Shown: positions 23,601-35,929, counted from the stretch's first letter. The stretch: DNA of 64,000 nt from Strigamia acuminata (GCA_949358305.1 OX442314.1:33046001-33110000), one strand, 5' to 3'. Numbers and translations are program-made. The notes: generated by a model from the letters alone, not told the origin.

Positions 23601-25701
23601 AAACAAATAAATTATAATTATCATTACAAATAAAAAGTTTAACAACTCTACCATTTCCACACACATACTGGCCCAGTTCGTCTTGGGCCAGAAAGCATTT
23701 GGCCTTGATCGCAAGCACCTTGGCTATGGAGTCAATGCTACATGGTGAAAATTTGTTGTTATTTGATTGATTCGAGTTCTCTATAGTGTCGGCCATTAAA
23801 TAAGAACCTCCCTTGCTGGCTGGAGGAGAACATCTCTCATTCTTCGGGTCGTGGTCACTGCCAAAGCTGTGTCCGAGCTCGTGCGTCAGCGTTAGACTGT
23901 TCAGAGCGCGCGGCATGCGGCCGGATGAGCCTTCAACGGTGACCACGGCGGCGTTGTAGCTTCGCGGCGGGCGCGAGGAGATCCTCTTTTGACATACGCC
24001 GCCCGCGTGGTTTCTTTTCACACTGGCTGTGTATGCCAGGCCGAGAACATTGCCGGGGAAAACGCGGTGAACGAAGCAGATGGCCATGCACACGTCGCTG
24101 GCGTCATGGAGGGCAAAAGCGGATAGGAAGTCTTCGGAAGATAGATCTTCGCGGTGCATTTTGTAGTTGGCATCGTCTTGGCTTTTCCATACGACCACGT
24201 TAGAAACCTGCAAGAGTAGATGAATGATAAGTGATAATACTACTATAATACTGCTCGTGGAATTGAATGTGTGAGTTTATTTTGGACTAAAAATGCATTA
24301 TTTATATTGAAAGCATCGCTTTTGCAATTAAAAGGTGTTTTTTTTATATACCGGTATACAGTAAAAATGATCATTTCAGCATTTTTTTGCGTAAAATTCC
24401 ATTTTTACACATAAATTTGTGTGATAACCTATTTTTACACGTTAAATTGCAGTTTTTTGTGAAAATCTCCATTTTTGCACGTTAAATTACAGTTCTATGT
24501 GTCAAATTCCATTATTACACGTAAAGTTACAGTATTTTTGGATAAAATTCTATTTTTCACAAAAAATTGAATTTTTTGGACTAAAAAGTCTATTTTTTGG
24601 GCTAAAAAATCTATTTTTTGGGCTAAAAAATCTATTTTTTATGCTAAAAAGTCTATTTTTTGGGCTAAAAAGTCTATTTTTTGGGCTAAAAAGTCTATTT
24701 TTTGGGCTAATAAGTCTATTTTTTGGGCTAAAAAGTCTATTTTTTGGGCTAAAATGTCTATTTTTTGATCTAAAATCTTTATAATTCCTAACACCATCTA
24801 TTCCTGACAATACCTGGAACCCGATGCCGTCCGGCCTTCCGTCATAATCAAAATCCGTACTCCGAAAAATGCTATCAGCAACCGTCATCAGCACAATCAT
24901 TTCGTGAATCGCCATCTCAATCGTGTGGTCCGTCGCCTTTTGATAAAAAGTGTGATCCGCCACCAATTTAACCGTACAAATCTTCCTCCTTTCCTGCTGC
25001 TTAATCCACAACTCTCTCCTGAACGACGTCCCAATCGGCGACTCCAAATTCGAAATATCCGACTCCAGCTCGTCCTCCGAGATCTTCGGCCCGCGCTTGA
25101 AATCCAACCGAAATGGAAGACAATCTCCAGTCGCGCATATCAGCGCCGTTATATTGATATCCGACCGCCGGTAAATCAGCGAATCGAAAGCCAGAGAATC
25201 GATCACCGGCAGATATGTCGTCCACGGCTCGATGTAATAAATCTCGTCCGTCAACGTGATTATTCCTTCAAACGTTCCCCGCATAACGTGCCCTTGTACG
25301 TGCGAATATTTCTCGCCTTTGACCACGCCATTGACCAGTCTTTGCAACACGTACGCGGCGGGAATCGTGTTTCTCGTCCCGTTGCCGTCGTGAGTGATCA
25401 CGAGTGCATTGGCGGCTAATAACGGAGATCCGGAGCGGAGTTTTAGGTGAAATTCACGTCCGAAAGCGCGGAAACTGAAGAAGATGTCGCCTTGCGATCG
25501 CTTGGAGTTGAAGTCGTGCAAGGGAAACCCGATGCGAATTACCGGCTCGTAGTACGTGATGAAGTTACTGAGGTGTCCGAAGTGGCCGGTGAATCCGTCG
25601 GCGGAGCAGTGGAAGTAACGGATGGATAGAAAGACGGAGAGGAGTAGAAAAGACGGCCCAAAACTGCCATTGGCACGCTGAGGCAATTTTGGGCGCGCCA
25701 T
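20627..25701 (-). CDS. ADAM10: ADAM10/Kuzbanian-like metalloprotease-disintegrin, about 720 aa; exons 25701-24814, 24207-23652, 23597-23404, 21205-20867, 20812-20627
   Basis: Hydrophobic N-terminus, prodomain, LVADHTFY, catalytic HELGHSFGSDHD, CGN..EQCDCG disintegrin, CSPRNGPCC, Cys-rich domain, TM; all junctions GT-AG and phase-compatible. Orthology to ADAM10 versus ADAM17 not resolved. Confidence 0.9.
21640..23150. repeat. AT-rich satellite, 30-31 bp monomer with 153-bp higher-order repeat, in ADAM intron 3
   Basis: TTTACCAAATTTGCC recurs at 21660, 21813, 21966, 22119, 22272, 22394, 22547, 22700, 22853, 23006. Confidence 0.95.
24550..24778. repeat. 21-bp minisatellite in ADAM intron 1
   Basis: GGGCTAAAAAGTCTATTTTTT tandem units. 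Confidence 0.9.
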
Positions 25702-26099
25702 TCATCTCTGCGACAAATGGGAATATGGAATCGAGGTGCGGGTATGTGAGTATTGTTGCCGCAGTAAGAGAAAACGGAAATTATTTATTGAGTTTTTTTC
25801 AGTTTTCCTGCATGGCACGTACTAAAAATTATCGAAAATTGTAGTTTTTGTAATTTTAAATTTTGTTTGAAAAAATAAGAATGTTCACATTAGGTCAAAT
25901 TCTAATTTTTGTGTATATCGTATTTTATCTTATTGTGCGCGGGCCGCCAATAGACAGCTTTCAAGTGAATTTATGATGTGTAATTAATGAGCGGATCTCG
26001 ATTATAACGCGGGGTTATATAGTAGAGAACCGCGCACTAATGAAAAAGTGTAATGATGGACTTTGGCAAAAGTATTGGAATGTAATTTAACGATTTATT

Positions 26100-27645
26100 T
26101 TAATAGAAAATTAGTAATATTTGGAAAATTTAGTGAATTTCACTTTTTTAATGGAAAAATTAGTGATTTTCACTTTTTTAATGGAAAATTTAGTGATTTT
26201 CACTTTTTTAATGGAAACTTTAGTGATTTTCACTTTTTTAATGGAAAATTTAGTGAATCTCACTTTTTTAATGGAAAATTTAATGATTTTCACTTTTTTA
26301 ATGGAAAATTTAGTGATTTTCACTTTTTTAATGGAAAATTTAGTGATTTTCACTTTTTTAATGGAAAATTTAGTGATTTTCACTTTTTTAATGGAAAATT
26401 TAGTGATTTTCACTTTTCTAATGGAAAATTAAGTGATTTTCACTTTTTTAATGGAAAATTTAGTGATTTTCACTTTTTTAATGGAAAATTTAGTGATTTT
26501 CACTTTTTTAATGGCAATTTAGTGATTTTCACTTTTTTAATGGAAATTTAGTGATTTTCACTTTTTTAATGGAAAATTTAGTAATTTTCACATTTTTAAT
26601 GGAAAATTTAGTGATTTTCACTTTTTTAATGGAAAATTTAGTGATTTTCACTTTTTTAATGGAAAATTTAGTGATTTTCACTTTTTTAATGGAAAATTTA
26701 GTGATTTTCACTTTTTTAATGGAAAATTTAGTGATTTTCACTTTTTTAATGGAAAATTTAGTGATTTTTACTTTTTTAATGGAAAATTTAGTGATTTTCA
26801 CTTTTTTAATGGAAAATTTAGTGATTTTCACTTTTCTAATGGAAAATTAAGTGATTTTCACTTTTTTAATGGAAAATTTAGTGATTTTCACTTTTTTAAT
26901 GGAAAATTTAGTGATTTTCACTTTTTTAATGGCAATTTAGTGATTTTCACTTTTTTAATGGAAATTTAGTGATTGTCACTTTTTTAATGGAAAATTTAGT
27001 GATTTTCACTTTTTTAATGGAAAATTTAGTGATTTTCACTTTTTTAATGGCAATTTAGTGATTTTCACTTTTTTAATGGAAATTTAGTGATTTTCACTTT
27101 TTTAATGGAAAATTTAGTAATTTTCACATTTTTAATGGAAAATTTAGTGATTTTCACTTTTTTAATGGAAAATTTAGTGATTTTCACTTTTTTAATGGAA
27201 AATTTAGTGATTTTCACTTTTTTAATGGAAAATTTAGTGATTTTCACTTTTTTAATGGAAAATTTAGTGATTTTCACTTTTTTAATGGAAAATTTAGTGA
27301 TTTTTACTTTTTTAATGGAAAATTTAGTGATTTTCACTTTTTTAATGGAAAATTTAGTGATTTTCACTTTTCTAATGGAAAATTAAGTGATTTTCACTTT
27401 TTTAATGGAAAATTTAGTGATTTTCACTTTTTTAATGGAAAATTTAGTGATTTTCACTTTTTTAATGGCAATTTAGTGATTTTCACTTTTTTAATGGAAA
27501 ATTAAGTGATTTTCACTTTTTTAATGGAAAATTTAGTGAATTTCACTTTTTTAATGAAAAATTTAATGATTTTCACTTTTTAATGGAAAATTGAGTGATT
27601 TTCACTTTTTTTTATGAAAAATTTAGTAATTTTCACTTTTTTAAT
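26100..27645. repeat. 30-bp satellite, inverted relative of the 21640-23150 array, with a 536-bp internal duplication
   Basis: Unit AATGGAAAATTTAGTGATTTTCACTTTTTT; identical variant patterns at 26529 and 27065. Confidence 0.95.
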
Positions 27646-27769
27646 GCGCGGGTCTCCATTCGACTGCGGGCCTGTAAGAAACCGAAAGAAAAATTTCATT
27701 TTGCCCACAATTCGCACAATCAAACAAAATCCGGTATACAATTTTTAAAAAACATCTTTAATGTACATT

Positions 27770-29760
27770 TTACAGCTCAGTAATCGTTGGAATTGCATTT
27801 ACGTTTGTCTGAATTTGAATCGGTTGCTCGTCAATCATTAGTAGATCATCTTCGTCGTCTGCTTCTTGCACGGTGGGTTCGTTGCAGTCGGTGGTACTCT
27901 CCTCGATCGAATCGTCGTCCGCCGCCACTTCTCTGATTAATGGAGAGGTTCTGAAATCGGCCGATCTCCTTGCATCCACGTGCGATCCACGAAATGACGA
28001 ATACGTTGGACTCGGTTCCACTCCCTGACTGCTCAAGCGTCTTCGGATTAAGTTTATTGGTGCAAAGATGATGATTCCAACCAAAAGGAAGAAAAGTCCA
28101 CAAATAGCAACGAGTAATAACAAACAACTCATGACTGTGGCAAAAGTTGGACTCATGCACACTGGCTCGACATTCATCTGAGGAATTTCATCTCGGCTAG
28201 GACGAGAGGCAGTGTTCGCATGAAATGATAATCTCTAATCAAAAATAATAAACGAAATATTAACAACTAGAACCAAGAGCTGGGTTTCGATTAGTACTAC
28301 AATTTGAAATAATCTGAAATAACAAAAGGTGTGTTTGCAGTACCAAAGGCACGTTTTAGGTCACAATTGATCAAAAAGGTTTAAAAATTCGCTCTCAACT
28401 GCACAAATGCATTTTGTACAAGCAAAAATGCATTCTGTACGAGCAAAAATGCATTCTGTACGAGCAAAAATGCTCTATACATGTTTAGAAATACACCAAT
28501 GCTTTTTCTAAGTACACCAATGCTTTTTATAAGTATACCAATGCCTTTTATAAGTATACCAATGCCTTTCATACGTGCTAAAGTGCTTTTGTAGGTGCAC
28601 AAATGCATTTTGTAGATGTACTAATACCTTTTGTAGGTGCACAAATGCCCTTTACACAATTTATAAGTACACAAATGCCTTCTTATTTGCTCAAGTACCT
28701 TTTATAGATGCACAAATGGCTTTTGTATGTGCTGAAATGCCCTTTATACATTTTGTAAGTACACAAATGCATTTTGTAGACGTACTAATACCTTTTGTAG
28801 GTGCACAAATGCCCTTTACACAATTTATAAGTACACAAATGCTTTCTTATGTGCTCAAGTACCTTTTATAGATGCACAAATGGCTTTTGTATTTGCTCAA
28901 TTGCCTTTTATACATTTTGTAAGTACACAAATGCTTTTCATACGTGCTCAAGTGCCATTTATAGATGCAGAAATGCCTTTTGTAAGTGCTTTGGTGTCTT
29001 TTATACATTCAGAATTGAATTTTACAGGTGCACAAAGCCACAAATGCCTTTCGTAGGTGCACAAATGCTTTTCATAGGTGCACACATGCTTTTCGTAGAG
29101 TGCACAAATGTTTTTTAGTTGCATATAAGCATCCACCCGATTAATACAACACCTTTTTTTTAGAGAATATTTCAAACAGTCATATTTTTACTCCTACATC
29201 TTCCAGTGGTCTTGTTTCCATAGATCTGAGACGAAGTGTTCCGTTATGTTCTTCCAGACTCTTTTCAGCAGCGACGACAAACTCCTCATCTTCGGACGAT
29301 TTCTCAGTCTTGGCCGCATCTTTCCCAACGATCTCCTTCCTCTCGAACGAAGATGAACGCAGCCCACTGAAATGCGATCGCAAACTGACCGGACTCAAGC
29401 ACTCACTGCACTCAGCAAACGTCTACACAAAAACAAAAAAAAAACATCAAAACACGCATTAAATAAACCAAACAAACGACATCCTTTCGACGAGTCTTAA
29501 TATAAAATTCAACCACTGTGTTCTCAGAGTGAAAAATCGGTTCCATCTGGGCCGAATCCACACTATCGTCACTCATCCCATCGCCCGGCTGAACTTGATC
29601 GTCGATCCAGCGCATCTTATCCACTGGCGGCTCGGCGGGAGGCGACGAAGACGTGCGCGGACGAATCTTATCGCCCGTCTCTCGATCACTAACTTCATTT
29701 CGACGCGTTAGTTACACGCAAACGACAACAGCCAAACGACCACTAACCTTTAGCACTCAT
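27770..29760 (-). CDS. Unknown single-pass membrane protein, probably 4 exons (29760-29748, 29691 to about 29480, about 29423-29195, about 28234-27770)
   Basis: ATG AGT GCT AAA G|GTTAGT; phase-compatible GT-AG junctions link the small ORFs; hydrophobic segment LLLLVAICGLFFLLVGIIIF; exact third donor uncertain. Confidence 0.6.
28395..29120. repeat. Degenerate minisatellite (GCACAAATGC core, about 21-bp unit) in an intron
   Basis: Recurrent TGCACAAATGC..TTT.TAG. Confidence 0.75.
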
Positions 29761-29876
29761 CGAACTAAAACGAGAAAACTCAAAAGCCAGAAAACAAATG
29801 AAATAATACAAGTAGAAAATTGAGCCTGGTAGGCTTAAAAAAATTATTTATTATTGCAACGTCATACAGGTTTCCT

Positions 29877-30518
29877 TTATTGTTTCCTTTGGTCCATTGA
29901 TACATCGTAGTCGTATCGGTCGTAAGTGATTCTGCACTCACAATCGCGTTCCGGTTGGCGCATCGGCTTAATCTTGATTATCGGTTGCAATTCCTGTTCC
30001 ATTTCCATCGAGGACTGGTGTTGGTATTGGTATTGGTGCGGAGCAGTCGGCGAGTACATCGGCGGAGGTTGCTTGATTTTATACGGCGAAACTTGTGTGC
30101 TTGACGGCGCCGCGTACGGCGATCCGTACGGCGATCCGTACGGCGAAACTTGTGGCAAACCTTGTGGTTGTGACAAACCTTGTGAGGCTGATTGTGACGG
30201 CGATCCAAACGACCGGCGTTTGAGGCTTTTTGTCTCCTTGCGATCCTTCTTCGACGGCACGCACAGCCAGATGCAGATGAAGAGCAGAACGCAGGCCACG
30301 ATTATGCAGCACACGAGGGCTATTACTGCCAATACGAGTCCCAATATGGCCATCTGGCGTGCTGTGGCGACATGTTCGAAGACACGTTTCACATTCTCGT
30401 CGGTGCCTGCCTTTTGTCCTCCGTGCTCGTCGTATTCTTGGAATTGCGACGTGACAAGTATGTGAGAATTTTGATCGATGATCAGGAGGAAAAGGCAAAG
30501 GAAACCGATTGTAGTCAT
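29877..30518 (-). CDS. Unknown type I-like membrane protein (signal-like N-terminus, Cys-rich TM, Ser/Pro/Tyr-rich tail)
   Basis: 213-aa ORF; long hydrophobic stretch followed by KKDRK; SPYG repeats. Confidence 0.7.
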   Translation of the reverse strand: MTTIGFLCLFLLIIDQNSHILVTSQFQEYDEHGGQKAGTDENVKRVFEHVATARQMAILGLVLAVIALVCCIIVACVLLFICIWLCVPSKKDRKETKSLKRRSFGSPSQSASQGLSQPQGLPQVSPYGSPYGSPYAAPSSTQVSPYKIKQPPPMYSPTAPHQYQYQHQSSMEMEQELQPIIKIKPMRQPERDCECRITYDRYDYDVSMDQRKQ

Positions 30519-30609
30519 TTAGGAAACTCGGCCATTTTTCGCATTCTCGGTTAGCAATTGTTGAGTTGCTACAATAAATCGATTTGAAAAGTCGATCGAT
30601 TCGTCGGTG

Positions 30610-32574
30610 ATGGGTAAACGATTTTTATTTTTATATTTAAAAATATTTATGTTTGATTTTAAATTTAATTGTAGACTCGGAATTAACTTCGGATTACGAA
30701 AATGCCATCGCGCAAGTAGGTTAGCGTCCACTTCCCGTCTTTTTGTGTTCCAAAGTTACAAAGTTATCCAACAGGTTACGGATTATTTCACTATTGGCTC
30801 TTGTTGATATGTGGCTTGGGGAATGCCAACGAGGCCATCGCCATCATCTGTGTATCGTTCCTACTGCCGGCTGCCGAATGCGAAATGAAGTTGAGCACTC
30901 CTCAGAAAGGTTGGCTCAGCATCACCATGTTTGTTGGTAAGGTATTACGAAGATAATCATCCGCAGTAACATTATCACACTTATCTGTGTATCGTATACG
31001 AGTCTAGGAATGATGTTAGGTGGTTATTTCGGCGGAGCAATCTCCGATTTATACGGAAGACGTAAAATTCTAGTTTTGTTTTTGGTATTTGACGGTTGCT
31101 TCACTCTCCTCATGTCATTCTCGACGAATTACTACTTTCTCTTGTCCGCTATCCTATTGGTTGGTATTGGGTAAGGATTTTAAAACATTAATTATATGAT
31201 TATATAATTATATAATTATAAAATGACCAGAGTAGGTGGTAGTGTTCCAATCATCTGGGCCTATTTCACGGAGTTTCAACCAAAAGCTATGCGAGGAACG
31301 GCGCTTTGTTATCTCTCGTCGTTTTGGATGATTGGAAATATTGCAGTGTCAAGTATAATCGATTATTTCAATATAATCAGTACGAGTGCAGTTAAATCCA
31401 CTTAATTTTTAAGTATTGGGATGGGCAGTAATATCGGAAGAATCAAACAACAATGATCCACACTCGAAGTGGCCTTTGCAAGGATGGCGGCTGTTCGTTA
31501 CTCTGTGTTCCGTTCCCAGTTTTCTCGTTGCATTTTCGCTCTTATTTTTACCTCCGAGTCCGAAATTTCTCATGATGGAAGGAAAATACGAAGAAGCAGG
31601 TCGTGTTCTTCAATTAATACGCTCCACAAATTGCCGAAGCAAGAAAACAGCACTCGTAAGTCGTTTTAAATCGCACTTTTCAATCAAAATTAAACCAAAT
31701 CTTCAAGACAACACCTTTGATTCGCTCGTCCTCGCCCGTCGAGCCAACGAAAAAGAGTATTTTCTACGCTATGATCTTAGTAAGTGTGATTTGCATCAGT
31801 TTTTCACCAAAATATTATTTTAAATGTTATTTTGATAGATGTCGAGAAACACGAGTCGCTTATTGCACTTTCCGTTCCGGAATGTCTTCTGCGCGATCGT
31901 TCTCATTGTTTTCAGCCTCTGTTTCGGCTACTACGGTCTCTGGATGTGGTTGCCGGAAATGTTTAAACGCATGGAGCACAATCTGAGCGACGACGTCGGA
32001 ATATGCGACCTGCCAGCGCCGCCTCCTCCGACGGCTTTCTCGGACGAGGATTGCACGCGCACGTTGGGCGGCGAAATATTCGGCGAAGAGATTTTCGTCG
32101 CACTTTTCAACATTCCCGGGCATTTGATTGCGATTATATTCATGGACAGAGTGGGACGGCGTTTGTTTTTGAGTTAATTGATTAATTGGTTGGTGTTTTG
32201 ATGATTGATTAATGATTTTCTTTGACGCAGTGAGCGGGATGATATTTTCCGGGCTCAGCGTGTTTGCCGTGTGGTTGGTGACGACCAAGTGGAGTTGTCT
32301 TCTGCTGTCGTCGCTCTTCGGAATGTTGTCGACGTTGAGCCACAGCGCGTTGGGCGTGTTGGGCATGGAGGTTTTCCCGACCGACTTGAGGGGAACTGCG
32401 TGCGGTGTGTCTCAAATTGCAGCGAGGCTGGGAGCCATTTTGGGCAATTTGGTGTTTGGTCAACTAGTGGACACCAGGTGCTCAGTTCCCGTCTTAATGG
32501 TCGCCACGTTTTTAGTTTTAGGGGGACTGTTTTCTCAAGTCATGCCCGATCTCACTAGAATGCCTTTACTTTAA
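30610..32574 (+). CDS. SV2/SVOP-like MFS transporter, 9 exons (30610-30613, 30675-30719, 30775-30936, 31008-31170, 31231-31352, 31414-31655, 31708-31779, 31839-32172, 32231-32574)
   Basis: GYGLFHYWLL..CG, SFLLPAAEC, SDLYGRRK, YFTEFQP, WRLF..PSPKFL, GYYGLWMWLPE, MDRVGRR, EVFPTDLRGTA; all junctions in phase. Confidence 0.92.
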
Positions 32575-32757
32575 TATTCTCTACTCTTTTATTTTATCAA
32601 GTATTTTTTTAAATAATAAAGTTTGAATTGAATTAAATGAGCTTCACTGCAGCACACGTTGGCGCGACAACGTTTCTAAGACGTATTTCTTGAGATGCTT
32701 TATACAAAGCAATGCAGCGTAGTATTTGCACACATTTGCAAACAAACCCAACCCACT

Positions 32758-34746
32758 ATGCAATTTGTTTTGGGCGTGGCGAGTCTCGAAAACGCTTCAT
32801 TCGTCAAAAGCGCAGTTTGTTTGTGGAAGCGCCACCCGATCGCATGGCACGAAACAATGAAATCACACAAGAAACAAATGTGGTTAAAATTCGAAAAGGA
32901 TGTTTGCGACCAAGTGGACGTCTTGATCATTCCCGAAATTTGGAAACCTCAGCTGCGCGCAATGGTCAAACATGTTGGCAGGGAACTGCGCGATTGGCTC
33001 AACCAATTAACGAAACACGTGTTCGATCGTCTTTCCGAACCGTTGATGAAATCCCTGACGGAATGCACGCAATGGACGATGCACGGGAAATTAAACGCAA
33101 CGGAAACAGCGCGAGTTCTTTCGAGATTAGAAAGTTTGACGATCAAAGTCCGATTCGACATTGCCTGCATGTTTGCCATCGCGGACGAAGTCGAGCATCT
33201 CTGGAAAGCATACACCGATTCTGACGACGAAAAGACACCGGTGCAAAGTCCGATGTATAAGTTTTGGAAAACCGTTTCGTTCGATGTCGATTCACCTCAA
33301 ATTACCGACGACATGAAATCGGAAGTGTTTTTACGGAGCGTGATCGACCAAAACCAAAGTGCGGTCGAATATCTCTGGTCGATAATGCGAGAGGACGAAA
33401 GAACGGCGTTGGTCGCCAAACTTGTGCGGGAGGAAAGCAAACTTGAGCGGTTGATCGAGCGGATAATATCCGATCACATTCGCACTAAAGGCAACGGTTG
33501 TAGTCGTGGAACCGGCGTCGTGTGTTTTCTTCTTTCTCGGATGACGAAAAACCAAGTTGATGCCACGATGGCGTCGCGATTCGGATCTCATGTTTGTCTC
33601 GTGTTGATTTTCGACTTTTTTACCGTGGATTTGTTCGCGTCATCTCTACGCCCGATTTTGGATGCGATTTCCAGTTATTCCTTTTACGAATTACTTCTGT
33701 GGATGAGTGATTTGAGTTTTCTGACTAATTGCCTGCATTTAGATACGATTAAGAGATGTTTTGCACGTTTATGGGTAGAAGCTCCGCCCCGTCTCAGGGG
33801 TTATGTCGAGGGTCATAAATTTGTGGTGGTTGTGAGTCAATTGGTCAGTTCTGAGGATTCGGGGAATTTGGATTTACTGTTGAAGGACTTTGGCGTTGAA
33901 AAGAGCGGGATAATCTTGTCCAAGTGTCTGTTCCTACTTCTTCGAGAGGAATATCCGTTTAATTGGGATTTTGTAGAGACCCTGGCGAAGAAATACATCA
34001 CGTCGAGCGAGGAAATTGCAACTTATCAAACGAGTTGTTCGAAAATCGCTTACAGAGTTTGCGGTGCTTTGATCGAGAACAAAAGTCCGTTCGACAAATT
34101 TCTTAATTTTTGTTTCGCGAATAATCGAACGGAAATAGACAAGTTCGTAAAATGTTTTGGGCTTTGTTATTACACCACAGACAAGAGAAAAACAACGATC
34201 ATGGATGAACTGCTCTGGCCACTAGTAAGAACGTATTTTAATCCTATAAACGAGAAAGAACACAACTCTGTAATAACGTGTTACACGTGTATACAATCCA
34301 ACGATCTCGCGAATTTAGAATTCCTATTTCGGGAGAAAACAGTGGCGGAGATCAGACGAATTCTGTCTCTTTGTTTCGGCCGTATTGTCACTTTCGATCG
34401 TACCTCGACGGCTTTGGATTTAATCGAAGTCGTTGCAAGAAAGTTCCTTACGACAGAAGACGAATTGGACGCTTTTAAGGAACATTGCTCCCGTTTCGCG
34501 TACCAAGTTTGCACCGCTATTTTCGACGTTGAAGATGCCGATCATTGGCCATTCATCGACGAATATTTGAATTTTTGTTTTAAAAATCCTCAGCAACTTC
34601 GAGGTTTCAAAACGAGTTTACCGTTTGATTATTTCACCAAAATGCACGACGAGCACGACTATTTAATGGTCGCCGAGATGCTGATTTGGAGCGGCTTAAC
34701 TGCACATGAAATTGCACATTCCCTCGTAACTTATTCACCAAGATAA
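32758..34746 (+). CDS. Uncharacterised intronless protein with N-terminal BC-box-like motif (paralogue 1; an upstream in-frame ATG exists at 32695)
   Basis: Long ORF, clear paralogy to 39916-41922 from MQFVL onward; motif WTMHGKLNATETA..RFDIACMF. Confidence 0.8.
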   Translation: MQFVLGVASLENASFVKSAVCLWKRHPIAWHETMKSHKKQMWLKFEKDVCDQVDVLIIPEIWKPQLRAMVKHVGRELRDWLNQLTKHVFDRLSEPLMKSLTECTQWTMHGKLNATETARVLSRLESLTIKVRFDIACMFAIADEVEHLWKAYTDSDDEKTPVQSPMYKFWKTVSFDVDSPQITDDMKSEVFLRSVIDQNQSAVEYLWSIMREDERTALVAKLVREESKLERLIERIISDHIRTKGNGCSRGTGVVCFLLSRMTKNQVDATMASRFGSHVCLVLIFDFFTVDLFASSLRPILDAISSYSFYELLLWMSDLSFLTNCLHLDTIKRCFARLWVEAPPRLRGYVEGHKFVVVVSQLVSSEDSGNLDLLLKDFGVEKSGIILSKCLFLLLREEYPFNWDFVETLAKKYITSSEEIATYQTSCSKIAYRVCGALIENKSPFDKFLNFCFANNRTEIDKFVKCFGLCYYTTDKRKTTIMDELLWPLVRTYFNPINEKEHNSVITCYTCIQSNDLANLEFLFREKTVAEIRRILSLCFGRIVTFDRTSTALDLIEVVARKFLTTEDELDAFKEHCSRFAYQVCTAIFDVEDADHWPFIDEYLNFCFKNPQQLRGFKTSLPFDYFTKMHDEHDYLMVAEMLIWSGLTAHEIAHSLVTYSPR

Positions 34747-34922
34747 AGAATTGTCATTAAAACGATGTTTTTATTGTAAAAAATATCTGTTTTCTTACGA
34801 AAAATCATGAAAAATAAAGTTCTTAATGAATACATTCACCGCCCTCTATAAACAATTCTCACACAAAATATTTCTTCACCTTGGTAACAGCAGAAAACAA
34901 CCGAATTGCAACAGTAGCGACA

Positions 34923-35582
34923 ATGGCGTCTTTGCCGCCGTTAAACCCGGCACAAAGATCGAGCAGATCCTGGCAAGATATCGTGAGATATCAACCAGAA
35001 ATGATCAATCGGAAGATCGAAAGAGATCACGAGAAGCAACATGCTACTAAACATCACCATCTAACCAAAGAGGCTACAAAATGGCTGCAGAAGGATGCGA
35101 TACTGCGCGAGGAAATGAACGACATTCTTTCCACGCACAAACGCAAAACTGACGCCAAAAAACGGAAACGGTGGTCAGCCTGGGTCCACCGCATAGCCAC
35201 ACCTATGGAACACTCACTGCACAAGCACATGAAGAGCCCATGCATGTTCAAATTGGACAAGGACAAGCGAATCCTATACGAAAAATACGTCGATTACACA
35301 AACGACCCTAACCATGTTCTCAGCTTGGACTACGTTCGGCCGGACTTGTACGATCCGTTCGAGCTGAGGAACCGGCGGTGTACGCGGGTGGTGTCGACGA
35401 CCCGTCCGGGGATGAAGTGGAAGGAGTACGAGAAGGAGCGACAGATGTTGCATTCCGATTGGCCGTTTGTGGATGAAGCAAAGGAAGAAATGCGGAGGAA
35501 AGCGGCGAGGAGGTGTGCGAGATGCACGACTGGGAGATACGACCGAAAGACGCTGACCTGTGATGTTATTTTTGCTATGTGA
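34923..35582 (+). CDS. FAM228-like protein, copy 1
   Basis: KK..W...IA.P...KR..YEKY..Y.N..LDY..PDLYDPF pattern recalled for FAM228; paralogous to the next two ORFs. Confidence 0.65.
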   Translation: MASLPPLNPAQRSSRSWQDIVRYQPEMINRKIERDHEKQHATKHHHLTKEATKWLQKDAILREEMNDILSTHKRKTDAKKRKRWSAWVHRIATPMEHSLHKHMKSPCMFKLDKDKRILYEKYVDYTNDPNHVLSLDYVRPDLYDPFELRNRRCTRVVSTTRPGMKWKEYEKERQMLHSDWPFVDEAKEEMRRKAARRCARCTTGRYDRKTLTCDVIFAM

Positions 35583-35929
35583 TTTGATTTGTGCTCATGT
35601 GAAGATGTGGTGGAATTCCTCAAGACGGACGTAGGATGGATAGAGGCGTAAATGTCCGGTCTATTTGGGCGCCCAGCGCAGGGAAAGTTGCGTGGGTAGA
35701 ATTTTGAAAACGTCGATCTTGAGGGACGAATGGCTTTTTTTTTTTTTTTTTTTATACGAAAAAAAAAAATGAAATGAATTATATGAAAACATGTGTGGAA
35801 ATATATGATTTCAGTTTGATTTCAGCTGGAACTGAATTGAAAACTTGTATTTTAAGCGAATAAATGCTTCATGTTGAAATGAGAAAATGCTACCCCTTAA
35901 ACTTCACTGCGGATACCTTCGTTTGATCA

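Noticed and set aside
24550..24813. SPKNRLF repeat tail on the ADAM first ORF
   Set aside because: Read-through into an intron minisatellite past the donor at 24813.
26063..27386. Repetitive ORFs (FHFFNGKFSD, MENLVIFTFL, KITKFSIKKV)
   Set aside because: Translations of the 30-bp satellite.
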